This document shows positions 63,960-64,000 of a stretch of DNA of 64,000 nucleotides, one piece after another. The DNA is from Armatimonadota bacterium. GTDB taxonomy: Bacteria > Armatimonadota > Fimbriimonadia > Fimbriimonadales > GBS-DC. Position 1 is the first letter of the stretch. Each line of letters opens with the position of its first letter. The stretch covers positions 128,001 through 192,000 of the forward strand of contig JBBIML010000009.1 of assembly GCA_037444405.1 (NCBI GenBank). The letters run 5' to 3'. Position numbers and translations under genes: made by a program. The notes beneath the pieces were generated by a model. It had not been told where the DNA came from and searched no databases. It saw nothing but the letters and a program-made list of their open reading frames with translations.

Positions 63960-64000
63960 TTCTGTTCGGCAGGAAGTTCGCCTGCAGGGGCGAACTGAAG

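Overview
GC-rich (roughly 63-65% by eye), gene-dense bacterial chromosome segment, most likely from a thermophilic Armatimonadota (Fimbriimonadia-like) organism. The taxonomy is an inference from protein styles and was not database-checked. Most of the window is housekeeping or metabolic: a large TamB-like gene missed by the ORF track, lipA, ftsY, psd, pntAA/AB/B, queD, purH, xylA, prmA, rsmE, a pilC-like gene, gcvH/gcvPA, ligA, lexA, panC, hutU, ubiD/mqnL, wza/wzc-like genes and ggt. It also holds a large Alu-domain SRP RNA and an ArsR/CadC-regulated mercury-resistance cassette (arsR-merA-merT/P fusion-HMA protein) with a visible operator. Four patterns stand out. (1) Six unrelated secreted proteins share a C-terminal double-calcium-loop dockerin-like tag. 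Five end in GxGC with a covarying Cys pair, suggesting a non-cellulosomal surface-display or sorting system. (2) Two promoter classes are readable directly: GGTAYAAT -10 sites, some apparently leaderless, and a SigH-like CAGGR-N15-NCGAMH motif before six genes. (3) A palindromic REP/RPE-like element occurs intergenically and also in-frame inside ligA, rsmE and a methyltransferase. (4) GGCC and ACGT appear strongly avoided. No tRNA, rRNA, CRISPR array, transposase or prophage was seen.
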